A DNA stretch of 64,000 bases, from positions 62,001 through 126,000 of IMG/VR virus record IMGVR_UViG_3300024503_000015, one strand, 5' to 3'. Shown here one piece after another: positions 20,401 to 30,555 of this stretch. Below the pieces are notes generated by a model. It worked only from the letters and a program-made list of their open reading frames with translations, was not told the origin of the DNA and made no database searches. Position 1 is the first letter of the stretch. Every line of letters begins with the position of its first letter. The position numbers were made by a program, and so were the translations under genes.

Positions 20401-23400
20401 ATTCTATTGGATTTAATGGCACTAGCGATGCTGTTGAAGATGTTGTAATGTAATTTGTAGCCGCAGTAGTTGCTGTGGCAGTTATACTTACTAATGTTGT
20501 CGATATTGTAAATTTGGATGCTGAAATAACATCATTAACATAATATGTTGTACCTACTGCAATGTCTCCTATTGAGGTTCCAGTAAACTGAACAGGCATG
20601 TTAATTTTCATATCATTAGTTTGACCTAATACATAACTGTTATAACCTGGGAACGACATAGTCATTGCACCTGTGTCAGAATTTAACAGCCATGCTGTTC
20701 CAAAAGGTTCAGTACTGATAGTTATTGTCGTACCATCGATAATTTCTTTAATGTAATAAGTGTAAGAGTCGGTAACGCCGCCAAAAACTGCGCCGCCAAA
20801 CTTAACTTGCATATTAACACTTAATTTTGCAGTACTAGCCAACGTTAACGTATTAGTTGATCCGCCAATTGTTTCAACAACGTTGACGAAATCAACAGAA
20901 GTATTAGTTACAGTGGTACTGTAATATGTAGGAATAAATTGTACTGGTTGATTCAAATACAATGTATCTGTGGTATAGTCTCCGTCTAAAGTAAGTATTC
21001 CTGTACTGTTATTTGTAGAAATAATGTTCAACGGTTCAAAAGATTCTTTAAGAATCTGTGCTACTTTAGTGCCCTCGTCATATGACGAAATATATCCGTA
21101 TTGTCCTGCTCCTGTTCCGCTGTTAAGGAACACTCTCATACCAATGTAGTTACTTGCAGTTTTTGTATCTGATCCTGCTAAAGTAATAGTTTCTTCGTCT
21201 CCTGCTTGAGCATTATTAGATGACACTAAGTAATTTCTTCCGCCAACTGCACTACCTGTATCTGTAATACGTGCCTGGAATACTGCGTTGGATCTAATTT
21301 CGTCTCCAATTAAGCGAGCATTAGTACCTGCACCTACTATAGAATAATTTGCATAGGCAGTATATTGATCATTCTCTGTCTCAAGGTAGAACGTAGGATC
21401 AGAATTAATCTGAACTTGTGCTCCGTAGAAGCGTGTATTTCCGCTTAGACCTGCTCGACCTCTTGGATAAATTCTAAATTGAAGATTATTATTCAATCCA
21501 ACATTGTCGTACACAGTCATCCATATTCTATACCAACCTTCAGTTAACTCTAGTTTACCGTATGAAACTGGAACTGCGCCGCCAGATGCTGTAGATACTG
21601 CAAGACCTTTAGTGCTAAATGTAAATTCTAAATAAGAATATACTGTTGATGAACCACTGTATATTGCGGCGATGTCAAATGTTGCAGATGATCCTTGTTT
21701 TGCGTAGATGCTAAATGTGTAATTTAAATCGCTGTTTGTTGGAACAACTCCTGAAACAGTGGCGGATAAAATAGAACTTCCCGATAGAGTTGCTACAGTT
21801 AAGAAGCAATCATTTGTTCCGTCTTCGCCGCCCAACGAGCTACCTGGAATTCTTAATTCGTTACCAGTAACGTAGCCGCTACCTCCAGCATTGACTACTG
21901 CTGAGTAACCTGTAGCACCCACAGTAATATCGAATGTAGCACTATTACCTGAACCAGTCACATTAACTGTTTCTACTGCTGTGTAAACTTTACCAGGAGG
22001 TAATACAGAAATATTTTGATAGATATAACTTGAATCGCTACCAGATGTTGCACCTGTCAGTGTCCATGCATCTGATTGTCCAAATGGAGATGTTGTATTC
22101 TTCTGAATAGTAACATTACCGTCTGTAGTCCATGGACTAGTTGAAAATTTATTACTGTATTGTAATAAGTTTGTTGTGTCTGCAACGTAGTTAGAGCCAG
22201 CATTACTAAATTGTATTGCTAATAATTCAGCATTAGTACCAAATGCACTTTGTACACTGGCCTGTACTTGGCTAGATCTGTTGTCAATTTTTCCTGAGAT
22301 AGGAACTTCTGTATTATCGTAACCTTCAGCAATAACACCATATGTACCATATGAGCTGTTACCGTTGGTAGCACGGATTCTACCGCCGTCTTCGGCAAAA
22401 TATCCAGCATAATTGTAGTAACCGAATACTGACACGCACTCAGTTAATGAATTAGAACCAGTACACCATACACCAATACCATCACTGATGATTTGTGTAA
22501 AGTCATTACAAGTTATTGAACGATTGCCGCCGTTGTGTAGTGTTCCATCGATTTTTAATCCGGTGCAACCGACACCAAAGTTGGTAACGTTTTGAATGTA
22601 AGGGCTTCGACGAATAATCCAAGTTCTAGTATCGTCAGGACCATTACCTGGATCTAGACTTACATAGGCACCACCCGTTGGTCTGCGTGTGCCAAAGCCG
22701 TTTGGACTTGTTAAAGATCCTGCTAGACCTGTTAATGTCATGTTACGAATGCCTGTAGCATTACGTACATAGAACATATCTTTCAAACAGTCTCCAGCAT
22801 ACACTGTCATAAATCCTGTGCCAGTTGTTAGTGCAACTACTGAACCTCCTACTGTTTCTGAAATAGTAATTTGACTGCCTACTATTTCTTTAACATAATA
22901 TGTTTGTCCTAGAGTAACTCCACCAAAATCATCATTTGTTGTTGCCGCAGAAAATTGAATAGGCATATTAACTGTGACATTTTTAATAGATCTCAGTGTA
23001 AATCTATTAGTTGAGCTACTTGAGCTAGAAGTTGATGTATAAACAGTTACTTTAGGTTGTACCACAGTTCCACGAAGTTCGTCACCGATTAGAGCAGTAT
23101 TATCTGCAACTATGATCGGTAGTTCTTCAGAATATGTTCCTGTTTTAATCATGATAGAAGTTGTCTGACCTTGATTAATTAAAGGAACATTTTCTGTGCT
23201 GGCATTTTGTATTGCATCGATTACAATGTTCATCAGGCTGGTAATTTCAAGATACGCACCAGACTCTAAAGTTAATCCATTGTTGATATACTGTTGTACT
23301 GTCGGGTCTGCTATTACTTCCCAATTTTGATTTCCAACGGTTTCTGGATTGTTATCGATATTGCCATCAATTAAACTCTTATAAAATATTTCGTTCCAAT

Positions 23401-25474
23401 AGACAATGTCGTTAGTGACATAAGTTTCTGTAGCGTCCCAAACAATATTTTCAACTTGATAGTTAACATCTGGGTTAGAGTTTTGATAGACATAACCAAT
23501 CAAAACTAATAGTCGTTCAAGTGCGGCAACAATATATGGCTGTGCCGCATCTGTTTCTGTGTTAAAGAAAGTAGTAGTGCTACCTTCAGCAAAGAATGCC
23601 TTAGTAGCAATTACTGTTCTACTATTACTAGCTCTAGTAATGTCATAAGAAAGTGCGTCAATAATTAATTCTGCATCTCGTCTAGTCGAGTATTCTTGGA
23701 ATTCCGATGTTGGGCTAAATGGAGAATTACTATTTGCTTTTTGATATAGCATCCACTGATACATTTCTTCAACTAAGAAATCTTTGTTCTCAGTTAATAA
23801 TGTATTGGCATTCTGGAAATAAAATCCGTTCTCAACTTGTTGACAAGCATACGCAATAGTTTTCCAAGGTTTATCCCATGTCTGACCGTGATCTGCATCG
23901 TCTACACCGTCGTTAGATACGTAGTACAGATCTGGAATAACAAACATTTTTTTCCAGTTTGGTTGTCCGTTAGAAATGTGGAAGTGATAATCTTCTGTAT
24001 CTCCGGCAGCACCGCCTTGTGGAATAATTGGAACAGCAACAGTTGATGTTCCGTCAAATGTAACAATGTCGCCTTGAGTATTACCTGCGTTTTCTTTTGC
24101 ATGAACTACATATACTACCCAGAATGCGTTAGCAACATCTAGGTCAGGTCTAAAGAACGAACTAGATGTATGATTTCTAATACAACGATATGTGCAGTTT
24201 TCCCAGATTACTAAGTCGCCGATAATATAATTTGTGGTGTTAGTCCAGAAATTAGTCCATCTAACTGATGGAACAACCAACTTCCATTTAAGATAATTGA
24301 CACCTACAAAGTCAATATTGTCCCCATTGGTCAATGAACCGTTAGGAACTTCGCTGATAATCAATGTTGTACTGTCATTTACAGATACCACAGTCTGGCC
24401 TTGCGTAAATGATGGGTTAACTAAAACCATGCCCTTTGTAATGCCAGCCGTTGAAACTACTTTTAAAGTTGTTCCAGAACTTCCTGTGTCCACATAAGAA
24501 CCAGTTACTGCATAACTTGTTGGATCTTGGCCTGCGCTATCTATCACGGCTGTGAATAATTGTCCGCCTCTGCGTACAACATCACCGACTCTATATTGAG
24601 CACCCGAACTCCACTCGTTCATCATTCTATAACCTTGGGTTATTAGTTCCCAAGCAGATGACGAGTCTTCAGCATTAACTGAAGGAATGATATTTAAGTT
24701 ATTGTTGATTAAACTTACGTAAGTGTAACCGCCATAGATAACAATGTCGCCTTTTTGATACAATGCTGAACTGGTCCAGCCATTTTCAAATTGTGTACCT
24801 GGTAGCCAAACATTAAATGTAGTTGTATCAAATGTAGTAGTAGAAGTATGTCCTTCTGTACAAATATAAACATCTGCTCCTAGTTTAACAAGGTCGTTTA
24901 ATTTATATCTTGTCGATGCAGTCCAAGCACCTTTGTATTCGATACCATTGTTTACTACTTCCCATTTGTAGTTGTCTGCTTCGCGGCCGTCTGTAATATT
25001 GTCAGCAGATGTATGATCTTCAACGCAACGATAAACTATACCGCCATATTTTACAATATCTCCAAAACCATAGACAGTAGAAATAGCCCAAGCAGTATTC
25101 CAGTTATCGAACTGTGCGTATGTGTCCCATTTGGTTAGGTCAATGGTTGTTAATCCACTGGTATGTGCCTCGGTACAAATATAAACAACACCACCAAATC
25201 TAATGATATTGCCGATTGAATAAAATGTGCTCGGTGTCCATTCTTCTCTCCATGCTCGACCATCAATCATTAGTTCCCAGCGAGGAGTGCTTGCGCCACC
25301 GCCTGTTACATAATATAAGTCGTCGTAGAAATTACTAGAGGATGTGTGCGGCTCTTTACATACGTAAGTTTTACCTTCGTATTGAGATACAGCGTCTCTG
25401 TTGTAGAACACGCCATCGTTCCATTGTCCTTTCCAGGTATATCTTAATCTACCAATTTTAAATTCTGCCGCCAT
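17462..25474 (-). CDS. Giant (2670 aa) tail fibre / virion structural protein, paralog of 5906-17413
   Basis: Same N-terminus (EFKIGRLRYTWKG), same C-terminus (RLTGHDFL, TSTDQDGNF, PTQRAIKAY) and several PIxFxG.xFGG.....YYV domains. Confidence 0.75.
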   Translation of the reverse strand: MAAEFKIGRLRYTWKGQWNDGVFYNRDAVSQYEGKTYVCKEPHTSSSNFYDDLYYVTGGGASTPRWELMIDGRAWREEWTPSTFYSIGNIIRFGGVVYICTEAHTSGLTTIDLTKWDTYAQFDNWNTAWAISTVYGFGDIVKYGGIVYRCVEDHTSADNITDGREADNYKWEVVNNGIEYKGAWTASTRYKLNDLVKLGADVYICTEGHTSTTTFDTTTFNVWLPGTQFENGWTSSALYQKGDIVIYGGYTYVSLINNNLNIIPSVNAEDSSSAWELITQGYRMMNEWSSGAQYRVGDVVRRGGQLFTAVIDSAGQDPTSYAVTGSYVDTGSSGTTLKVVSTAGITKGMVLVNPSFTQGQTVVSVNDSTTLIISEVPNGSLTNGDNIDFVGVNYLKWKLVVPSVRWTNFWTNTTNYIIGDLVIWENCTYRCIRNHTSSSFFRPDLDVANAFWVVYVVHAKENAGNTQGDIVTFDGTSTVAVPIIPQGGAAGDTEDYHFHISNGQPNWKKMFVIPDLYYVSNDGVDDADHGQTWDKPWKTIAYACQQVENGFYFQNANTLLTENKDFLVEEMYQWMLYQKANSNSPFSPTSEFQEYSTRRDAELIIDALSYDITRASNSRTVIATKAFFAEGSTTTFFNTETDAAQPYIVAALERLLVLIGYVYQNSNPDVNYQVENIVWDATETYVTNDIVYWNEIFYKSLIDGNIDNNPETVGNQNWEVIADPTVQQYINNGLTLESGAYLEITSLMNIVIDAIQNASTENVPLINQGQTTSIMIKTGTYSEELPIIVADNTALIGDELRGTVVQPKVTVYTSTSSSSSSTNRFTLRSIKNVTVNMPIQFSAATTNDDFGGVTLGQTYYVKEIVGSQITISETVGGSVVALTTGTGFMTVYAGDCLKDMFYVRNATGIRNMTLTGLAGSLTSPNGFGTRRPTGGAYVSLDPGNGPDDTRTWIIRRSPYIQNVTNFGVGCTGLKIDGTLHNGGNRSITCNDFTQIISDGIGVWCTGSNSLTECVSVFGYYNYAGYFAEDGGRIRATNGNSSYGTYGVIAEGYDNTEVPISGKIDNRSSQVQASVQSAFGTNAELLAIQFSNAGSNYVADTTNLLQYSNKFSTSPWTTDGNVTIQKNTTSPFGQSDAWTLTGATSGSDSSYIYQNISVLPPGKVYTAVETVNVTGSGNSATFDITVGATGYSAVVNAGGSGYVTGNELRIPGSSLGGEDGTNDCFLTVATLSGSSILSATVSGVVPTNSDLNYTFSIYAKQGSSATFDIAAIYSGSSTVYSYLEFTFSTKGLAVSTASGGAVPVSYGKLELTEGWYRIWMTVYDNVGLNNNLQFRIYPRGRAGLSGNTRFYGAQVQINSDPTFYLETENDQYTAYANYSIVGAGTNARLIGDEIRSNAVFQARITDTGSAVGGRNYLVSSNNAQAGDEETITLAGSDTKTASNYIGMRVFLNSGTGAGQYGYISSYDEGTKVAQILKESFEPLNIISTNNSTGILTLDGDYTTDTLYLNQPVQFIPTYYSTTVTNTSVDFVNVVETIGGSTNTLTLASTAKLSVNMQVKFGGAVFGGVTDSYTYYIKEIIDGTTITISTEPFGTAWLLNSDTGAMTMSFPGYNSYVLGQTNDMKINMPVQFTGTSIGDIAVGTTYYVNDVISASKFTISTTLVSITATATTAATNYITTSSTASLVPLNPIEFTGVVFGGIVAGTKYYVNKIVNSSTFTVTDTVISVTVTETETLTNLITVDSTAGFVANNPIKFTGNTFGGIVNETTYYILAVNDATTFTISSSPGGSALNLSTATGEVLGKTTAAAFTLSTASGSMTGTTTNAKSTLTIGYGSMNGTYSTNLFGDVSAGTTYYVKTIDSTSTFTVSGTPGGTASTLKTDTGSMNIAAVGWDHMNPGTTIEALLDNSTVYYVEPRVTISAPSLTQTASTTNTLAPGTSWIGLAYGDGTFIALPSGNAIAGKSTDGGATWDAIPLPSPKTWTDIAYGNNRWVVISSGGALGDPGSVALYSINNGEGWRTTTLPSLTTWSKVAYGNGKFVAIAAETTSSAYSSNYGGTWSSGTGLVARSWTGLTFGNGKFVAVSDGTTYTGVTSSTTSGGGSGATFNVTARSSGYTVTVNSGGSSYTTSSIVSVLGTAVGGATTANDITITVTGVAAIGGAITSFTVSGTASSTVSTTASYSSNGTSWSSATLPSSTTWSDVAYGNGLFVAVSSSSAKPAYSRDGITWTQSPYTISGVNKIEYGQGVFLALSSTAGVAYTSEDGYAWTERTVSDDGYGAIKFAFVGTNNDQGKFVTVAAQTVGSIIETGCRTKGRAVITSGTITSISLWEPGSGYTSTPLLTFRDPNVTVSATTSLRISNGTLGNPTFVNRGQDYNTNSTIITINGSGYADTFQTGLTLIVKNLSKLPAPGDNLVISGNSKIYKVTNATPVYGTTAPNIEANIEISPDMTVELSPAHEANIIIRTKYSQARLTGHDFLNVGYGNAIQSNYPNLPEDTVLAPQDQAVEVNFGRVFYTSTDQDGNFKVGDLFGVEQATGIVTLSATQFGLTGLETLSLGGIAVGGSSVVIRQFSTDETFIANSNNIIPTQRAIKAYLTGRLSQGGANTFTGQLIAGTVLVGGADRIASTIPEGLTGAVVNMPTKVTVDGQFGGWDGDGMAYSYFVNTWNRPGAI

Positions 25475-25505
25475 TTTTAATCCTTAAATTATCATTAAAC
25501 TCATG

Positions 25506-25512
25506 TACTTAT
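25506..25512 (-). promoter_or_regulatory. Late promoter variant (ATAAGTA)
   Basis: One mismatch to the TAAATA core, at the expected position upstream of the 2670-aa gene. Confidence 0.45.
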
Positions 25513-25877
25513 CACACTATAGAATCGACTGGATAAACATATTCTTTGTTTAGACGTACAACAAATTCGCCGTTGTCGTTGATATAGTAAAACATACTTC
25601 TGCTGTCCCATCTATACTGATCCCACTCTAAATTTGAGTAAGGACGACTATGGTCGAGTTCTAATCTACCTTCAAAGAAATCAACACCGTATTGAAAATC
25701 CGTAAAGTCGTTTTCTGTTAAACCTGGATTGTTGATAGTAATATCGTCTTCATCTTTTAAACCGTCAACTTTAATAAAATAAAGCATTCCGTTGTCATCT
25801 CTTCTTAGCCCGTAGAAAAAACGTATGCTAAGGTCACCTGCTAGGTCTGATGGTTGTGTTCCAATATAGTATGTCAT
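25512..25877 (-). CDS. Hypothetical virion-module protein (121 aa)
   Basis: Co-oriented ORF filling the gap between structural genes; AGGA RBS. Confidence 0.6.
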   Translation of the reverse strand: MTYYIGTQPSDLAGDLSIRFFYGLRRDDNGMLYFIKVDGLKDEDDITINNPGLTENDFTDFQYGVDFFEGRLELDHSRPYSNLEWDQYRWDSRSMFYYINDNGEFVVRLNKEYVYPVDSIV

Positions 25878-25887
25878 TATCTATTCC

Positions 25888-26217
25888 TTATGATATTTCA
25901 ACATAACTCATGATGCAGTCTAATGCCGCTTCTTGGCTAGCAGAAATATGAATTGCGTTATTTGGTGCTAAAATTAATTTTTCGCCACCGTTAACAACAC
26001 GTAAACTTGAATTTGGTGCTATAATAATATCTTTAATAAAATAACCTACAGTACTAGCATCGTCTGTAACGGTAATACTGGCTAAAATATTACTGCCTGT
26101 TAAATTTGCCAGACTTAAACCAATGACTGTACCTCTGGTACTTGGTCCAAATTCTAAAACTTGTATAGGAGTTGTTCCTATTTCGTTAACTACTTTGTTC
26201 TTAAAAAAGTTTGCCAT
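25888..26217 (-). CDS. Small virion protein (~110-aa paralog family, copy 2)
   Basis: Pattern shared with 5561-5887 and 34762-35097. Confidence 0.55.
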   Translation of the reverse strand: MANFFKNKVVNEIGTTPIQVLEFGPSTRGTVIGLSLANLTGSNILASITVTDDASTVGYFIKDIIIAPNSSLRVVNGGEKLILAPNNAIHISASQEAALDCIMSYVEIS

Positions 26218-26221
26218 GTTC

Positions 26222-29200
26222 TTATCCTAATATCAGTGCGTAGGTGATTGCAATATCTTCAGCAGTGGCCGCATTAATACCACCACCAGCACCTGCGGCA
26301 GAGTCCCAAGTAGTTCCATTAAAAATTTCTAACTGTTTTAGTTCTGAGTTGTAACGTGTCATACCGACTACAGCGTATGCTGGACGTTCTGAGCTAATAC
26401 CTGTTGGAACTACGAAACCATTTGTACCTGCAATTTTAAAATATCCAGTTCCGGACTGAGTAATTGTTGTTATTGCTCCAGAAACTGTGTTTGTTATAGT
26501 ATTATCTTTAATAGCAAAGTTGGCCAGTTTGATACTGCCTGTACCTGTGGCATTAAAAATAATGTCTGTGTTTGTTGTACTGCTAATTGTATTGCCGTCA
26601 ATAATAATGTTGTCAACTTCAACACGTGGCACTTGTAATCTAGCACTGGTTAAATCTGCTGTTACAACATTATTGTTGTAAAATCTAATAGTATCATCAT
26701 TTGCGCCAGGTGTTAGTTCTGCTGTGATACGTGTTGTATCATCCAAGTCGCCGACACCACTTAGTTTAATCCAGTTAACTCCGTCATAGCCTTCATAACG
26801 ACCCATCTGGCTATTGAAACGAATCATACCAGACTGTGCTGTTGGACGCTCTGCTGTGTTACCCACAGGAATTATTAAACTTTGATTTGAATTAATGCTT
26901 ACTAGTTTATTAGTTCCTGGTTGGATTACAATGTCGCTGGCAGAATTACTGCTGATAACGTTTGCGTTAACATTAAATTCTTCTAGAACAATGTAGCCTG
27001 TGCCATTAGCACGTAGTTCTAAATTACTGTTGGATACTGTTGTGGCAATGTAATTGTCTTTGACAATTATGTCACCTGTATAAAATTCTTCTGCTGTAAC
27101 TCTGTTACTGGCCAATGCGTTTGTTGAACTGACGTTTCCGCTGACAGTTAAATTCTGTCCCAATGAAACGTTGTTATATGGCATTGTAATAATGCCTGTA
27201 CCGGCTGCGCTTAATTCTAAATTACTGTTAGAAAGTGTTGTTTTAATTGTGTTGCCAGCAATTTTAATATTTTGAAATTGTGCATCGCTGCCAACTGTTA
27301 ATGTGCCCGAAACGCTGTAGTTACCAGTCTGTGTTACGTTACCAGTTTGAATAATATTACCAGTGTAGGTAACTGTTCCGGTAATATTTGTATTACCTAA
27401 TGTAGATGTTCCTAGTACTGTTAGGTCGTTGTTAATTAAAACATTGTCACTAGGTACATAAATTCTTCCTGTGCCGTTAGCACGTAATTCTAAGTCAGCA
27501 TTTGAGTCAACGGTTTTAATTACATTGCCGTCGATATTAATACTGTCAACGTGTAAATTACCAGTGTATAAATTTGCCCACTGTAGTCCGTTAGTTCCTA
27601 GTGTATAAGTTTCTGTTACGCCTGGAGTGATATTGCTGGTAATACCGGCAACAATGCTAATAGTGTCAGTGGGCTGATCACCTAGTGTAATATTTCCGCC
27701 AACTGTTACGTTACCAGTAACATCTAAATTACCAGTAATGTTTACATTATTTTGTAGATTAATTTCATCGTTGGCACTTAGAACGTTAACTACACCGGTA
27801 GTGCTTTCAATAGTGTTGCCACTGATTTTAATATTACCAGTGCTAACTTCTGTACCATCAATATAAGTTGTGTTTACGCCATCAGTAAATGTTACACCAG
27901 TTAAAGAACTAATGTTAAAACTTGTTGTGGTAAATTCTACTGTACCAGAGGCCTGGTTAACATAAAATAAGTCGCCAACTCTAAAGTCACCTTTATGGTC
28001 GACGCTGGAATAATAAATCTTTGCACCGTTTAGTTCAACAACTTCGTTAGCCTGTACTACATACGTTACATCATTATCTGTTCTGTGTAGTACACCAATA
28101 TAGGCTAAGTTCTGTCCAATTAAGTAAGCAACAACACCTAGTCCGTCGCCATAGATACCATAGTTACCATAAACTGCGGCAGATCCAATACTACGAACTT
28201 CTGCACCAAAGTCTGAATAATCAACTAGACTAAATGCTGTGGCTGTGCCTCCTGCATTAGTTCTAATGTCCTGTGGCAATAGAACATCGTCTACAAAAAC
28301 TGTAGAAGTATCTGCGCCGTCAAAGTGCGCTAACAATACGCTGTAAGAATCGTTTGGTAGTGCAGAAGAAGGAGCAGTAAACGAACTAGTGTGTCTAGCA
28401 GTTCCTTTGCTCACTCGGACATCGTCTACATATCCAACAAAATTTGCAGATCCGCTACCATCAGAACCTATTCTAAATGAACCATTATTGCCTACATCTC
28501 CTGCAACAGTATCAGTTGTTCCTAATAAAGTTCCGTTGACAAATGCTCTGATAGTTGAACCACTTCGTGTAAATGCGATGTGTGTCCATGTGTTAATAGA
28601 TATTGTGCCGCCAAAAGTAACAGTACTGCTTCCGTAAAAGTTTCCTTTTAGTGTACCGTTTTCAATCATTGTGGTGTATCTGTCGGCTGCTTCACCACCG
28701 ATGGTAAACAATGAAAATGTGCCAGTTACGTTTGTTGGATAGAACCAACCTTCTAATGCGAAATCTGCATCGAATACAAAGTCAGTTAAACTGTTTACAG
28801 TTACATAATCGCCTGTACCGTCTAGATACAGACTAGCAGTTCCAAATTTTTTCTGTGCTGTTTTAAGTTGTGCATCTCCATTGGCTGTAATAGTTTTACC
28901 GCCACGTTCTGACTGTGTTTCTAATCCTGTAACTTTACCTGTTAGATAAATTTTACCGTCTGTACCAACTTCGTCGATTGTACCTGAGCCTAGAACAGTA
29001 ACTCCGTCTGTGTCATAGTAACTTAGTGTGTTGCCCACAGCAAATGTACCGGAGTTGCCAGTAACTCTAACTTCTGTTCTACCCTGTCCAGCAAATCCTT
29101 CGCTACTGCTGTACAAATACATACCTTTATCAGCAAAGTATGTAAACGAGTTTAACCATTCAATTCTTGCACCGTTTGTAGCAATTAATGTTTCAGCCGC

Positions 29201-30436
29201 TGGTGTGATAAATGTCACTGCGTGGAATAACATGGCCGCTTCAATGCTGTTTGCATTGACAATGCTACCGTCTAAGAATGCACCGTGACCTGCATCACCT
29301 GCGGCATATCCGCGAGGGTCATCTGCTGTGGCTGTACCCAGTCTTACACTACTACCAAAGGTTAAAACTGTAATATTTTTTACATAAGGACTGCGTGTAC
29401 TAACAGTCATACCTGGAGCAAATGTAAATGCGTGTCCAGTGTTGCCAATTGGCTCGTGCTCAAAACCTGTAATTGTAAAGTCTTGAATGGTAGTTTCGCC
29501 ATTCATCTTGAAACAGTCTTGTTGACGTGTTGCCGCTGTAGGACGAATTGTTACAGAACGCAGGTTAGCACCAACAATCGCAACGCCCTGTGGTACTGTT
29601 AGTGGAAAAATTTCTTCGTAATCGCCAGGGTACACATAAACAGTATCGCCTGTAGTTGCTTGGCTAAGAGCATGTTTGATTGTTAAGAACGGATCGTTTT
29701 GGTGTGTGCCGCTGTAACTGTCACTGCCGTTTACAGCAACGTACCAAATGTTCCCCTGACGTAGGTTTAAGTTAATGTTATCTACAACTAAATCACCAGT
29801 ATCGATTACATCAGCAAATAAGTTGTTAGTCCATACGTCTGCCCAACGTTTGCCACTTTCACCTAATGTGTAAGTATCGTCTTGATCTGGAACAATGTTG
29901 CTGGCTACATCTGCGGCAAAAGTAATATTATCTGTATTGGCATCACCTAATGTAATATTGCCGTCTGCTGTGATATTTCCAGTAGCATGAATATTTCCGT
30001 AAACATTAGTGTCGGCAAATACTTCTACTGTGCCTGTGCCATTTGGACGTAGTTCAAGATTGGTGTTTGTGCTGTTTGTGCTGATAACATTGTTTTCTAT
30101 GTCAATGTCGTCAACACGTAATTTTGCTTGATATACTACTGGACTTGCACCGCTAGGTAGCAAGGATAATACATCTTGTGTTGTGGAAATTGTTGTAGCA
30201 GAAATGCTAATGTCTGCAATTTCTGCTAGAGTATCTACTAGTAAGTTAGTAGTTCTAGTTGTACCATTTACGTGTAAAGTATGTGTAGGGTCGTTAGTCT
30301 TTATACCAACTCTGTGGTTGGCGGAGTCTGGATCAGTAACTTTTAAGTAAACAAGGTCAGTCTCAAAGGCTAAATCCACACCCTGGCGTAGAAGGTTGGC
30401 CTTTAAGAGCGGACCGGAAATTCGACCAACGGCCAT
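26222..30436 (-). CDS. Tail fibre/spike-like protein with beta-helix and LamG/ConA-like domain (1404 aa)
   Basis: WYVA.NG.D....PF.TI..AL....GDTV.V.PG.Y.E beta-helix start; FGTASLYLDGTGDY...WTHIAFTR...YVDDVRVSKG LamG-like block; SNSNLEL.ANGTG repeats; AGGAG RBS. Confidence 0.7.
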   Translation of the reverse strand: MAVGRISGPLLKANLLRQGVDLAFETDLVYLKVTDPDSANHRVGIKTNDPTHTLHVNGTTRTTNLLVDTLAEIADISISATTISTTQDVLSLLPSGASPVVYQAKLRVDDIDIENNVISTNSTNTNLELRPNGTGTVEVFADTNVYGNIHATGNITADGNITLGDANTDNITFAADVASNIVPDQDDTYTLGESGKRWADVWTNNLFADVIDTGDLVVDNINLNLRQGNIWYVAVNGSDSYSGTHQNDPFLTIKHALSQATTGDTVYVYPGDYEEIFPLTVPQGVAIVGANLRSVTIRPTAATRQQDCFKMNGETTIQDFTITGFEHEPIGNTGHAFTFAPGMTVSTRSPYVKNITVLTFGSSVRLGTATADDPRGYAAGDAGHGAFLDGSIVNANSIEAAMLFHAVTFITPAAETLIATNGARIEWLNSFTYFADKGMYLYSSSEGFAGQGRTEVRVTGNSGTFAVGNTLSYYDTDGVTVLGSGTIDEVGTDGKIYLTGKVTGLETQSERGGKTITANGDAQLKTAQKKFGTASLYLDGTGDYVTVNSLTDFVFDADFALEGWFYPTNVTGTFSLFTIGGEAADRYTTMIENGTLKGNFYGSSTVTFGGTISINTWTHIAFTRSGSTIRAFVNGTLLGTTDTVAGDVGNNGSFRIGSDGSGSANFVGYVDDVRVSKGTARHTSSFTAPSSALPNDSYSVLLAHFDGADTSTVFVDDVLLPQDIRTNAGGTATAFSLVDYSDFGAEVRSIGSAAVYGNYGIYGDGLGVVAYLIGQNLAYIGVLHRTDNDVTYVVQANEVVELNGAKIYYSSVDHKGDFRVGDLFYVNQASGTVEFTTTSFNISSLTGVTFTDGVNTTYIDGTEVSTGNIKISGNTIESTTGVVNVLSANDEINLQNNVNITGNLDVTGNVTVGGNITLGDQPTDTISIVAGITSNITPGVTETYTLGTNGLQWANLYTGNLHVDSINIDGNVIKTVDSNADLELRANGTGRIYVPSDNVLINNDLTVLGTSTLGNTNITGTVTYTGNIIQTGNVTQTGNYSVSGTLTVGSDAQFQNIKIAGNTIKTTLSNSNLELSAAGTGIITMPYNNVSLGQNLTVSGNVSSTNALASNRVTAEEFYTGDIIVKDNYIATTVSNSNLELRANGTGYIVLEEFNVNANVISSNSASDIVIQPGTNKLVSINSNQSLIIPVGNTAERPTAQSGMIRFNSQMGRYEGYDGVNWIKLSGVGDLDDTTRITAELTPGANDDTIRFYNNNVVTADLTSARLQVPRVEVDNIIIDGNTISSTTNTDIIFNATGTGSIKLANFAIKDNTITNTVSGAITTITQSGTGYFKIAGTNGFVVPTGISSERPAYAVVGMTRYNSELKQLEIFNGTTWDSAAGAGGGINAATAEDIAITYALILG

Positions 30437-30555
30437 ATATCACTCCTGATAACCCCGTGTTTCACGGTTAACCAAGTTCTCATCCCTTGCGGGCTCTTTG
30501 CTGGTTTACCACAGTTTAATCATACAAGAAATTGGTCGTTCCTTGTAATCAGTAG
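30437..30555 (-). ncRNA. Candidate structured 5' leader RNA with a pseudoknot
   Basis: Hairpins TACAAGGAA/TTTCTTGTA, CCC-GCAA-GGG and CCGTG-AAA-CACGG; loop GACCAA complementary to downstream TTGGTT; lies between late promoter and RBS. Confidence 0.5.

Noticed and set aside
30450-30490. Hammerhead ribozyme (GATGAG...GAAAC words)
   Set aside because: The required CUGANGA core and three-stem arrangement are absent.
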